DNA from: a virus
Length of the DNA: 64,000 nt
IMG/VR virus record: IMGVR_UViG_3300044638_008494
Span: 1-64,000 of that record
Strand: one strand, 5' to 3'
Part shown: positions 17,929 to 27,461 of the stretch, one piece after another
How the letters are laid out: each line of letters starts with the position of its first letter
Numbering within the stretch: the stretch's first letter is position 1
Position numbers and translations under genes: made by a program
The notes under the pieces: generated by a model
What the model was told of the DNA's origin: nothing
Database searches by the model: none
Seen by the model: only the letters and a program-made list of their open reading frames with translations

Positions 17929-17981
17929 ATCCTGTTCACAATATGATTACATCTTAATTTTAAGAATATCCAAAAAAAATT

Positions 17982-18179
17982 TTATCTTTTTTCAAAAGCC
18001 CAGCAATAATGACAAATTTCTGGGGTTACTTTAAATATATCGCGTTTAAAGCATTTATAGCCATTATCCGTATAGTCGCCACCTTGACAGCTGCATCTAT
18101 GAACTGTCACACTTTCTTCGTTTTCAGACCTGTATTTGCAGTTTGAAAATTTATACTCAGCTGATAGGTTTTCTTCCAT
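17982..18179 (-). CDS. small Cys-rich protein
   Basis: 65 aa with several Cys (CSC, CHYC). Confidence 0.6.
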   Translation of the reverse strand: MEENLSAEYKFSNCKYRSENEESVTVHRCSCQGGDYTDNGYKCFKRDIFKVTPEICHYCWAFEKR

Positions 18180-18187
18180 ATTTACTT

Positions 18188-19237
18188 TTACACCTCCAAA
18201 TCGTTAAAAACCATTTCTTCTATTAGAGAATCAAAAGAAATTTTTGGACGCCATCCAAGCTCTTTTTTTGCAGTTTCTGGATTGCCGAGTAATAAATCTA
18301 CTTCAGCTGGTCTGTAAAACTTTTCATTAATTTTTACCAATACTTTCTGGTCATAATAAATTGAATTAGTAGTTTTTTTGAGCAAAAATTTTTCTTCTAA
18401 TTCACCACCTGCCCATTCACCAACGATCCCACATTTACGAAATGCTATTTCAATAAACTCTTTAACAGTGTGCGTTTCGCCAGATGCCAACAAATATTCT
18501 CTAGGATTTTCTTGATTCAGCATCATCCAAATTCCTTCTACAAAATCTTTGGCATGGCTCCAGTCTCTTTTAGCATAAATATTTCCAAGCTCAAGTGGCT
18601 CTATAAAATCCTTGCCAAGATCTAGATCTTTTTTAATTCTGGCTATATGTTTAGTAATTTTTCTAGTTACAAATTCCTCTCCGCGCCTTGGGCTTTCGTG
18701 ATTATATAATAAGCCTTGAATTGCAAAAAGGTTATAGCTTTCTCGATATACTTTAACAATATGTCGCGCAGCGGCTTTGGCTGCCCCATATGGACTTCTT
18801 GGCTTTAATGGATGATTTTCATCTTGTGGGCTGTAGTCTACATCGCCAAGCTCTTCTGAAGATCCTGCATTATAAAACCTGCAAGATGGCGCATGTTTTC
18901 TAACGGCCTCTAAACAGCGTATAACGCCCACAGCATCTATTTCAAATGTTTGTTCGGGTATTTGCCATGATGCTCCAACAAAACTTTGTGCACCTAAATT
19001 AATAAAATAATCCGGCTTTATTTCTCTAACAATATTATCTATAGATTGTGAATCGGAAAGATCACCTGTGATAATTTCAAATCTTGGATGGTCGATTATA
19101 TGCTCTATATTTTTATAATTTTTTGTAGAGCTTCTTCGAACCATGCCATATATTTTATAATCTGTATTTGCAAGAAGATGATCAGCCATATAGCTGCCAT
19201 CTTGTCCGGTTACGCCTGTGATAATAACAGATTTCAT
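18188..19237 (-). CDS. gmd: GDP-mannose 4,6-dehydratase
   Basis: ITGVTGQDGSY, AQSFV, SSEE, PRSPYGAAK, NHESPRRGEEFVTRKI, RDWSHA, RPAEVDLL. Confidence 0.96.
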   Translation of the reverse strand: MKSVIITGVTGQDGSYMADHLLANTDYKIYGMVRRSSTKNYKNIEHIIDHPRFEIITGDLSDSQSIDNIVREIKPDYFINLGAQSFVGASWQIPEQTFEIDAVGVIRCLEAVRKHAPSCRFYNAGSSEELGDVDYSPQDENHPLKPRSPYGAAKAAARHIVKVYRESYNLFAIQGLLYNHESPRRGEEFVTRKITKHIARIKKDLDLGKDFIEPLELGNIYAKRDWSHAKDFVEGIWMMLNQENPREYLLASGETHTVKEFIEIAFRKCGIVGEWAGGELEEKFLLKKTTNSIYYDQKVLVKINEKFYRPAEVDLLLGNPETAKKELGWRPKISFDSLIEEMVFNDLEV

Positions 19238-20037
19238 AAAATGAACTCTTTAAATTTTTCTATATTTTCTACAATATATGCAGGATGTGTAGTGTTGTCT
19301 AATTTAATTTTATTTAAAGTTTTACCATCAGATGTTAAATTTTCTGTTTTGATAAAAAAATGGTTATTTAATTTTCTATATTGGTCAAAAAATTTTATAA
19401 AATCTTCCCTTGATGGAAGCTCAGACTTGTCGAGCGGCTCTATGCATGATCTTGACTTTTTCCAAGCCGCCTCTGCCCCACCAAGCCAACTAAAATGCCA
19501 ACCGCCATCTGCTATTCTTGTTGGTATATCGTCTTTGTGATTTCTTACATTTTGTGGTGATATATTTTTTAATAAAGAATACTTTATAGCAACGCTACCA
19601 ATCCAGTTAGAATTTATGCTTTTTAAATTGAGAAAATATGCATAAAAATCCTGCTCAAATGATGCCATGCGAAAATTTGGATCATTAAAAATATCAAATT
19701 TTTTAGGATTCGGCACCTCATCTAAATCTGAAATAATTACAATATCGCTGTCGCTTATATTTGAAAAGCCCCTTCTAATGCAATTTCTCTGATGGTTCTC
19801 CATTTCCCAAAGATTATTTTTATTATCTGGATAATCTTCAACTTTGATATGGATTATTTTATCTGCAAATTTAGAAAATCTATGCTTATTTTCTTCAAAA
19901 TAAAACGGCTTATCAATAAGGCTTTGTGTTTTTCCCGCCTCTACGATAATAAATTTTTCTACATATTTGTTTAGAGTATTTAGTCGTATATCTAGCAAGT
20001 CTAGCTCATTAAAAAACGTAAAACAATCATAAATCAT
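19234..20037 (-). CDS. glycosyltransferase family 17-like
   Basis: YDCFTFFNELDLL.IRL, E..QRN, ISDLDEVP, GGWHFSW. Confidence 0.88.
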   Translation of the reverse strand: MIYDCFTFFNELDLLDIRLNTLNKYVEKFIIVEAGKTQSLIDKPFYFEENKHRFSKFADKIIHIKVEDYPDNKNNLWEMENHQRNCIRRGFSNISDSDIVIISDLDEVPNPKKFDIFNDPNFRMASFEQDFYAYFLNLKSINSNWIGSVAIKYSLLKNISPQNVRNHKDDIPTRIADGGWHFSWLGGAEAAWKKSRSCIEPLDKSELPSREDFIKFFDQYRKLNNHFFIKTENLTSDGKTLNKIKLDNTTHPAYIVENIEKFKEFIL

Positions 20038-20693
20038 AAACTAATTTCTTGTTTAAAATTAGAACGAAATGTGTCGTCAAAAGATTTTTGTAATGCTTTT
20101 TCTGTTCTAATATTTTGCTGCCTGTTTATTTGCAATAAAATATAACCATCTTTTTCCCAAAAATCATTTATATACAACCTTACGTCGTGTTGTAATAAAA
20201 CTTTTGATACGGCATATATATTGTATATGTATTTGATGCTGTCAAGGACATTCTGCTCTTGAAGATTTTTAATTGAAGTAAAAAATCCAACAAATATTTG
20301 AGCATTTGATGATATATAATTCGAGCAATCTTTTACGAATGAATTAAAGTTTATATTTTCTATATTTGGAATTACAAGCGTATCAATTTTGCCATTTTTT
20401 AATGAAGCGCTAACTGGCTTGTAATCCTCATCATAAATATTATAATTTGTCGAGTTAAAATATTTATTAATATCTGGAAAATTTATAGACACTATATTTG
20501 ATCGATTTGAAAAATCAAACGCCGTATCTTTTACAAGATCTTCAAAAATAGAATTTTCAATATTAGAAAAATTTTGTGCGTTGTTATTTTTAACAGTATA
20601 GCAATAATAGCATATGTTATAATTTGAAATGCTTTTAAAATTTGTCATATTTATGGATCCGCAAACTTTGCATGTATTTACATTATGACTCAT
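20034..20693 (-). CDS. degenerate methyltransferase-like protein with N-terminal zinc ribbon
   Basis: CKVC..CYYC N-terminus as in sugar methyltransferases; no clear SAM-binding glycine motif. Confidence 0.45.
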   Translation of the reverse strand: MSHNVNTCKVCGSINMTNFKSISNYNICYYCYTVKNNNAQNFSNIENSIFEDLVKDTAFDFSNRSNIVSINFPDINKYFNSTNYNIYDEDYKPVSASLKNGKIDTLVIPNIENINFNSFVKDCSNYISSNAQIFVGFFTSIKNLQEQNVLDSIKYIYNIYAVSKVLLQHDVRLYINDFWEKDGYILLQINRQQNIRTEKALQKSFDDTFRSNFKQEISL

Positions 20694-20697
20694 AAAT

Positions 20698-21633
20698 TTA
20701 AAACCCTCCGTTTAAATATAAATTTGAGGGATTTGTTACAGAAAATGGAAGCTCTGATTGGTTTATATTTGTAAAAATATCTGAAAAATATTCCGCAGAT
20801 GCTCCATATAAATATGCAGTTGCAAACATTTTTTCCCATATATCATTTACTGTTTGTTCTGGAAGATATTCCATGTTGGGCGATGGGTATATATTATAAA
20901 TATGATTACTAATCATAGTAAGCAGCGGAATAATTTGATCATATTGATCATATACAATTTTATGTGTTTCGGAAATCTTATCTGTTTTGAAAATAAACTC
21001 TAATTCGGGCTTTTCAGAAATACCCCAAGAAAATTCATAGGTATTGCCATTCATATTTTTAATATAGCCTTTGTAATTATCTAAGATATTAAAGCTTTCT
21101 AGCTTATCTTTTCCCATAATTTGATGCAAAAAAATAATTAAATATATAGCCTGTGTAGAATATATTTTTTTCGCTTTTAATTCATCTTCGAAATTGTTGG
21201 GGCCAGAAACTTTTAAAGAAACGTAATTTGCTTTCAATGACATTACTTTTCTACATAGAAATAAAAAATCTTGGTCTTGAACGTATGGATAGTTAATATA
21301 AAATGCTTTTTTATTATTACTTTCAATAAGCTGATTGAAAAGAGCTTTTCTTTCCTCTTTTGAATTTAAAAATGGACTTTCAGTAATAATATGTTTTTTA
21401 TTATCCAATCCGTATTTAATATATTCCATTTGGTGTTCTGAGTGGAGGGCAAGATATAGCGCATCTGCATTGTTTAAAATCTCATCCTTTTCGGTTTGCG
21501 GCGTTGATGAATTGATTGTACCTACCAATTCATATCTGGAAAATAAGGATGCTGCATTTAAAACTTTCGCTCCCCAATTACCCGTACCAATAATGGCTAT
21601 CTTAATTTTGTTTTTTTGATAAAGTTCATTCAT
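20698..21633 (-). CDS. Gfo/Idh/MocA-like oxidoreductase (divergent)
   Basis: KIAIIGTGNWG Rossmann motif, KHIITESP in place of KHV..EKP. Confidence 0.7.
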   Translation of the reverse strand: MNELYQKNKIKIAIIGTGNWGAKVLNAASLFSRYELVGTINSSTPQTEKDEILNNADALYLALHSEHQMEYIKYGLDNKKHIITESPFLNSKEERKALFNQLIESNNKKAFYINYPYVQDQDFLFLCRKVMSLKANYVSLKVSGPNNFEDELKAKKIYSTQAIYLIIFLHQIMGKDKLESFNILDNYKGYIKNMNGNTYEFSWGISEKPELEFIFKTDKISETHKIVYDQYDQIIPLLTMISNHIYNIYPSPNMEYLPEQTVNDIWEKMFATAYLYGASAEYFSDIFTNINQSELPFSVTNPSNLYLNGGF

Positions 21634-21644
21634 ATTACATTTTA

Positions 21645-22055
21645 TTATTTACCGCACATTTTCCAAAAAATTTTTTCTATCTCTTTTATAGCATCATTAG
21701 TAATTGCTTGATAGTCTTCTACGTCTGCAATCTCTTTTTTCCCAGTAATAATATTTAGCATGTCTACATTGCTTTCGTTAAGGATTGAATTGATTGTATT
21801 TAATTGTTCTTGAAAAATATTATTAATATTTACTTTCCATGATGAGATAAAATCTTTTTGCATTGATTCTTTTTCCTGATCTGTTTGTGCAATTTCATCT
21901 AAGACTTTGCTCCAAATAAATGAAATGATAGAAAGAATTAAATTTTCTTTCATGGCATTTAACATTTTTTCTTTAAATTTTTCCTGCTCTATTTGCAGTT
22001 GAGTGTTTTCAGTCGCCACTTGAACCAAACCCCCTTTCTCCTCTTTCAGATTCAT
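21645..22055 (-). CDS. hypothetical helical protein
   Basis: 136-aa ORF overlapping dut end; start uncertain. Confidence 0.6.
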   Translation of the reverse strand: MNLKEEKGGLVQVATENTQLQIEQEKFKEKMLNAMKENLILSIISFIWSKVLDEIAQTDQEKESMQKDFISSWKVNINNIFQEQLNTINSILNESNVDMLNIITGKKEIADVEDYQAITNDAIKEIEKIFWKMCGK

Positions 22056-22428
22056 CTAATGAATTTACAATTTTTAAATCCCATATATAGCATTTTTCAA
22101 TAATTAATTGAGCTATTTTGTCACCAGTATTTACCAAATAATCTTTTTGACCAGCATTGTATAAAATAACTTTGATTTCCCCCCTGTATCCAGAATCTAC
22201 AACGCCAGCAAATACATCAATTCCATATTTGAAGGCCATGCCAGATCGCGGGGCAATTCTCGCATAATATCCATCAGGTATGGATATAGAAATTGATGTT
22301 CCAACAGCCTTCCATGATTGGCCTTTTATTAGGATAGCTTCAGACGCGTACAGATCAAGCCCAGCATCTGTTGGAGCATTCCTTGTTGGAGTTTTAGCAT
22401 TTTCTGATAATAGTTTGACTTGTATCAT
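22009..22428 (-). CDS. dut: trimeric dUTPase (likely start ATG 22428)
   Basis: AGLDL, PRSG, GVVDSGYRGE, KIAQL, RGERGFGSSG. Confidence 0.96.
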   Translation of the reverse strand: MIQVKLLSENAKTPTRNAPTDAGLDLYASEAILIKGQSWKAVGTSISISIPDGYYARIAPRSGMAFKYGIDVFAGVVDSGYRGEIKVILYNAGQKDYLVNTGDKIAQLIIEKCYIWDLKIVNSLDESERGERGFGSSGD

Positions 22429-22434
22429 TAAACT

Positions 22435-22462
22435 ATTATAATTCAATATGTTATAAAAACAA
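22435..22462 (-). promoter_or_regulatory. promoter TTGTTT-16-TATAAT, 6 nt before dut ATG
   Basis: Perfect -10 hexamer in intergenic gap. Confidence 0.5.
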
Positions 22463-22876
22463 TTATATTTTTATAAGTTGGATGTTAAATTCTTTTGCTA
22501 ACTCTACAGAAAAATCATCACGCTCGTAAGCTTCATTATAATATACTTCTTTAATTCCATACATGGATATATTTTTAATACATTCTGAGCATGGGCGAAG
22601 TGTCACCGCTATTAATTTAGCTTCATGTGGCTTAATGTAACGCAAAGCAGCGGCTTCTGCGTGAGATACTCGGCGGCGCCTTTCATCTCTATCGCTCCAA
22701 TTAATCTCAACGCCTGGTGGCGCTCCATTATAACCTATTGCAGCTACAGTATTATCATAGCGCAGAATACAGGCCCCGACCTTCCTGTAAGGATCTTCAG
22801 ATCTAAGCGCAGCAGCTTTCGCAAGCTCCATTGCATATTCTGGCCAAGTTAATCGTTCATGTATCATATTTGACAA
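22463..22876 (-). CDS. dCMP deaminase
   Basis: RSEDP..KVGA, GYNG, HAE, PCSEC. Confidence 0.92.
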   Translation of the reverse strand: MSNMIHERLTWPEYAMELAKAAALRSEDPYRKVGACILRYDNTVAAIGYNGAPPGVEINWSDRDERRRRVSHAEAAALRYIKPHEAKLIAVTLRPCSECIKNISMYGIKEVYYNEAYERDDFSVELAKEFNIQLIKI

Positions 22877-25188
22877 GCACCACCAGCACAGGCTTGGGCT
22901 CCAAGAGTCGCGGCCTCTACATAGGTTTGATCTTTTTCTATTACACTAGACCAATCAACTTCTCGATGTTCTCTTTGTATATCGCACCATGCTTTCCACA
23001 AGGTAACATGTTTTAAGCAATGTGCTGTCCTGCGATCATCGCCATTAAAATATCTTTGAGAAAATTGCTTTGCTCTCCTTAACCAGTCTTTTTTCGCAAA
23101 CCAATTGTCATATTCTGTTTTTTTCCCATAGTATGAAATAATCTTTTCATTATGCTCTTTAAGAGTATATCCATTCTTATGTGGAAATGCTGGCTCAAGC
23201 ATGGTTTCTGAAACTTGCTCGCCAATGCCAAGAAATGCATCGCATGCTTTCCATAGATTACCGTCAAAAGCAGCCAATCCGTCTACAGTCAATCCAGAGG
23301 CAAACACCGAAGCGTTTCCATACTGCTCGACAATCTCTTCTGGAGTTAAAACAGTGCTGAATGGGGCTTGCGGATAGTCAAGATCGCCAGAGGATGGCAA
23401 CAATGATATGCCTGAAAAATATTCTTGATTATTAAAAATAAACTTTTCAACATCTTTCCATTCATTTGGCTGAACAACTACTGTGCATGATACATTATGT
23501 CTAACATATGGTTTTACGCATAGTTCTTGATTTGTGCCGTGCTCTACCCAGTTTCTTTGAGTGGATTTGATTTGATCTAAAAACTGAACTGCTGATGTGG
23601 CATTTTTTAAAATAGCACCCCTTGGAACTTCGCATAAAAACGAAACAACCTCATCCGTTCCGTTAGCTGACCAAACGCTTGTTTCTACAGCAAGTGGATT
23701 TTGTGACTTGTAATGCTGTGCTGGAAATTCATTGCGATTGGCTTGAACTCTACGAATGTATCGTTTTGCATGATGTGGGTGTATGCCAGAAGCGGTTCCA
23801 AGCACGCAACTGGTTGAGCCAGCTGGCTTTACGCATGTTGTTCTAGCAGATTGGTTAATACCGATCATTGCCGCGATTTTTTTATTTGTTTTTTTAATTT
23901 CTTCTGCGCCCCTTCTTTGAATTTTAGAATCAAGAAGAATTTCAGGATTATCCATAAATCCAGTTATCGAGCATCCAAGAAGAGCCTCTCTTTCAACTAT
24001 TTTTTTGGTAGTATCTGTTAAATAATTAAAGCGAGTATATCCTGCCTGCATTGTTCCCAAAATAGCAGATGCGCGACACGCTTCATAAAACTCATCTTCG
24101 CTTGTACAGAATTTTCCATTAATCTCTGTTAGATTGCAGACTTGTATACCGCTCTTGCCATTAAAGTTTGGAATCATTCCAATTTCAGCGCATGGATTAT
24201 ATACAACGTCTGTTCCGTGTAGCCAAATAAACCCAGGCTCACCAAATTGCCTAGTTGACTCCATAAGGCTATGGAACTCTTCTGAGGTTGTTTTGCCTTT
24301 AATCAGTACGGCAGAATTATTAGACCTTGCTCTTTGAGGATTTTCTATAAACCAATTGCCAGTTTTGGCAGCAGCCATTTCTCCATCATTTAGCGAAAAT
24401 TGGCAGATAGTAGCAGATCTACGAACGCCACCAGATAAAACTGCATCGCTAGCATGCATAATAATATCATATGCATCTATTGGGCGCAACTTTCCAGCAA
24501 ATTCATCTGTTTTGAATTCTACACTATTGATTCGCTTCTCAATCAGCGCCCTAATTTTTTCTATTGCTTTTTCAAGGCCTTTGTGCCCAGGCGCTTTAAA
24601 TTGACCAGCTATCAAGGCACCTTCTGGGCGAACAAGGCTGTAATCGAAATTTACTTTGTGCCCAGACATTTCTGGGAATTCGCTGTCTTTTTCTGCAAAA
24701 TAGCTATTAACAATAACTCCAATTGCATCAGCCCATCCATCAATAGAATCGTCAACTTTCCATTTTCTCCAAGCCGTTCCGTCAACTTGACGAAGTTTGG
24801 GAAGTTTATTTATATGTTCGCTTTGAACTGAAAATCCAAGCCCAACACCACAAAGAAGAACATACATTGACTCTTGAAAAGATCTTGGTCTGTCAATATA
24901 AGTAGAAGAGCAGTTGTAAATTTTAAATTCTTCTTTTTCAATCCATTTTCCACCAAATTGCAAAGCTCTTTGTGAGCCAAGAACTCTCTTTTTTCTTACC
25001 ATTCTTTTTGCGAATTCAAACTCTTCTTTAAATTCTGGATTTGATTCCAGTATATGCGCATATTTTCTAGCATGCATTCCAAAAACACGCTCTACAATTT
25101 CTGGCCAAGTTTCTCTCCTTTGCTTCTCTGGCAGATAGTGTGAATATTTTGCGTACAGTGTGTATTCTGAAAGTGCTTTTAGACTCAT
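22864..25188 (-). CDS. nrdJ: class II (B12-dependent) ribonucleotide reductase, monomeric RTPR type
   Basis: YNCS, GGVRRSA, GEPG, NPCAEI, CNLTE, TCVKPAG, C-terminal CAGGAC; no nrdB nearby. Confidence 0.9.
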   Translation of the reverse strand: MSLKALSEYTLYAKYSHYLPEKQRRETWPEIVERVFGMHARKYAHILESNPEFKEEFEFAKRMVRKKRVLGSQRALQFGGKWIEKEEFKIYNCSSTYIDRPRSFQESMYVLLCGVGLGFSVQSEHINKLPKLRQVDGTAWRKWKVDDSIDGWADAIGVIVNSYFAEKDSEFPEMSGHKVNFDYSLVRPEGALIAGQFKAPGHKGLEKAIEKIRALIEKRINSVEFKTDEFAGKLRPIDAYDIIMHASDAVLSGGVRRSATICQFSLNDGEMAAAKTGNWFIENPQRARSNNSAVLIKGKTTSEEFHSLMESTRQFGEPGFIWLHGTDVVYNPCAEIGMIPNFNGKSGIQVCNLTEINGKFCTSEDEFYEACRASAILGTMQAGYTRFNYLTDTTKKIVEREALLGCSITGFMDNPEILLDSKIQRRGAEEIKKTNKKIAAMIGINQSARTTCVKPAGSTSCVLGTASGIHPHHAKRYIRRVQANRNEFPAQHYKSQNPLAVETSVWSANGTDEVVSFLCEVPRGAILKNATSAVQFLDQIKSTQRNWVEHGTNQELCVKPYVRHNVSCTVVVQPNEWKDVEKFIFNNQEYFSGISLLPSSGDLDYPQAPFSTVLTPEEIVEQYGNASVFASGLTVDGLAAFDGNLWKACDAFLGIGEQVSETMLEPAFPHKNGYTLKEHNEKIISYYGKKTEYDNWFAKKDWLRRAKQFSQRYFNGDDRRTAHCLKHVTLWKAWCDIQREHREVDWSSVIEKDQTYVEAATLGAQACAGGACQI

Positions 25189-25322
25189 GGTATTAAAAAT
25201 GATTTAAAATTTTTGACGCGCTTGCGTCAGTTTTTTATATTACGCCAATTTGATGGAAATGAAAATTTTTTTTACGTGATGGCGTAAAAAAAATGAAAAC
25301 AAAAAAGTACAGTGTATGAAAT

Positions 25323-26141
25323 TTAAAATTTCAGTATAGAATTTTCTATTTCATTAATGTCGATATTTTCGACAAGATTTTTTTCTAAATAAATTGCATT
25401 TGGGTTTATTGGTTGCCAATTTTTAGAAGTTTGTGCCTGTGGATAATATGTGTAGGAATAAAGCCCAAGAACGGGGAATGAGTATCCTGACGCTATCCAA
25501 GCAATTGCAGAATCAACAGTTATCAAAAAATCACAAGACAAAACAAACTTAATAGTATCAAAAAATGTGCCAATGAACCTTTTCTCACATATTTGTGGCT
25601 GGTCTGGCAGTCCAATTTGAACTGGCGTATAGCCCATCTTTATAATCAGTTGGCATATTTGCTTGGATTTTTCCAAAGATGGCATTTTATCGCTACCTCT
25701 TGTTTCTGCGAACAGGTTAACGGCAACATATTTATTATTTTTTTCTGTAGCAAAATATTTATTTAAAGATATTTGTAAATTTTCAGGAGCTTTTAGTCCA
25801 TGAACATAGCATACTTCTTCTGTTTGGTGCCGTTTTAAATACCAATCTGGTTCTGGATGGTGCGGCATTGCATGAAATACATAGTCAAATCTTTCTCTTT
25901 CAATGAATGCCACATCTTCATTCGATGGCCATCCATCATATTTATCCCAAATATGTATTTTTTGTACAAGAGGGTTTTCGTAAAAAATTTCTTTTATGCT
26001 TTCATATTTTTTATTTATGCCGAAATAAAGTTCGGAATCTGGAAAATATGTTTTGAAGCTTTTAGCAGCAACAAGGTTCATGCAAAGATCGCCATATTGA
26101 CCCTGATTAAATCCTATAGCTTTAACTGTTTTATCAGTCAT
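25323..26141 (-). CDS. GT9 (heptosyltransferase-like) glycosyltransferase
   Basis: GQYGD, VQIG, ITVDSA..IA...PVLGLY. Confidence 0.8.
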   Translation of the reverse strand: MTDKTVKAIGFNQGQYGDLCMNLVAAKSFKTYFPDSELYFGINKKYESIKEIFYENPLVQKIHIWDKYDGWPSNEDVAFIERERFDYVFHAMPHHPEPDWYLKRHQTEEVCYVHGLKAPENLQISLNKYFATEKNNKYVAVNLFAETRGSDKMPSLEKSKQICQLIIKMGYTPVQIGLPDQPQICEKRFIGTFFDTIKFVLSCDFLITVDSAIAWIASGYSFPVLGLYSYTYYPQAQTSKNWQPINPNAIYLEKNLVENIDINEIENSILKF

Positions 26142-26809
26142 AGGTTATAATAATTTTTGAAATATTCTATTTTTTCTTCGCGTAATGTTTTACCAGCATG
26201 GCCAATTAAATCATAAGTGTTTGTTGTGCCATGAAACATTTCATTGATATTGTTATAAACATATGCGTTTCCAGTATTGTTGTACTTTATATTATCCCAC
26301 ATTTTACTCTCCATATGATTGGTAGGATTTTGAGGTAGCATATTTTTTACAAATACTGTATTGCCAAACCAAATATTTGTTCTGCATCCATCTAATGGAT
26401 GATCTGGTCCAGCATCATCTTGAGCAATAGCCATAAAAATAAAATCTTGCGGATTTACTCTTGTTGGCCATTCTAAATATGCTTTGATATTATCTTCATT
26501 CATTATGAAATCATAACCTATTCTATAGTGAAATAGGTGGCTATATTTTAATAATATATCAAGACCGTTATTTAATAAATGCAATTCTCCGTTACCATGA
26601 TAAGATTCATATCTATGGTTGTTATCTATGATTGTAAAATTAGTTTTTTTCTGTATAAATTCCGGAACATAATGGCTGTCTGATAGAACTATAAAGCTGT
26701 TTTTGAAATAATGCCTTATACTGTCAATAAGCTTGTCTAAAATTTGTATTTTAAGCTCGCTATTTGGCTCTTCTAAATTTGAAGTAATTAAAAATGATTC
26801 GCAATTCAT
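26138..26809 (-). CDS. hypothetical, possible glycosyltransferase-like
   Basis: IVLSDSH, RIGYD; sits in glycan cluster. Confidence 0.5.
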   Translation of the reverse strand: MNCESFLITSNLEEPNSELKIQILDKLIDSIRHYFKNSFIVLSDSHYVPEFIQKKTNFTIIDNNHRYESYHGNGELHLLNNGLDILLKYSHLFHYRIGYDFIMNEDNIKAYLEWPTRVNPQDFIFMAIAQDDAGPDHPLDGCRTNIWFGNTVFVKNMLPQNPTNHMESKMWDNIKYNNTGNAYVYNNINEMFHGTTNTYDLIGHAGKTLREEKIEYFKNYYNL

Positions 26810-27453
26810 AAGTTTATTGATATATGTGGGGGAATATTCCTAAATTTATCGTCATTTTTTCTCCATAGCATGTTAGAATGTTCCCACCCTAAACTTTTTA
26901 ATGTAAAAACATTCTGCATAAAAGCTTTATTATGCTCTCGATGATCAATGATTTGCATAGCACATTGGCTTAAAAATAATTTAAAATTATCAACAGGATA
27001 TAGTAATGAGGGGTAAATTGTATTATGTGTTATACTTTCATGTGGAATTGATAAGTAAAAAATTGAATCTTTATGCATTAATTTTTTAATTTCTAATAAA
27101 CAATGATAAGGATTGCTTAAATGTTCAAAAGTTTCAAAAGAAAAAATATAGTCAAACTTTTTGTTATCGAGTGTTGCTGCAAAAAAATCATATTGCAAAT
27201 CCGCTATATGATATTCAAAATTGTTATCTAGTTTAGCACCGTCTATACCTACTAAAGTATTATTATTGTTTTTTTCTAGTCTTTGGAAGATCGGGCCATA
27301 TCCACACCCAACATCTAAAATAGATGAATTTTTAATTTCATTTAATCTTAAATCTTCAACTAAAAAATCAAAACGTGGTTTATGTGACCTTTCATAATCA
27401 TCAAAGCCTTGCCCTATATTTTTATTATAAAATTCTGTAATAATATTTTCCAT
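26806..27453 (-). CDS. class I SAM-dependent methyltransferase
   Basis: ILDVGCGYG, FDYI..ETFEHL.NP. Confidence 0.9.
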   Translation of the reverse strand: MENIITEFYNKNIGQGFDDYERSHKPRFDFLVEDLRLNEIKNSSILDVGCGYGPIFQRLEKNNNNTLVGIDGAKLDNNFEYHIADLQYDFFAATLDNKKFDYIFSFETFEHLSNPYHCLLEIKKLMHKDSIFYLSIPHESITHNTIYPSLLYPVDNFKLFLSQCAMQIIDHREHNKAFMQNVFTLKSLGWEHSNMLWRKNDDKFRNIPPHISINL

Positions 27454-27461
27454 ATATTAAA

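Noticed and set aside
17459-17946. Plus-strand ORFs of 63-97 aa over the ribozyme
   Set aside because: Antisense to a well-formed structured RNA; no protein-like features
21634-21639. TGTAAT motif before the oxidoreductase gene
   Set aside because: Directly abuts the ATG, leaving no room for a transcription start; not counted as a promoter instance
1621-25188. Inteins or introns in dnaE, dnaB, recA, nrdJ
   Set aside because: Proteins are of ordinary length with contiguous motifs; no C...HN splice motifs or LAGLIDADG blocks seen
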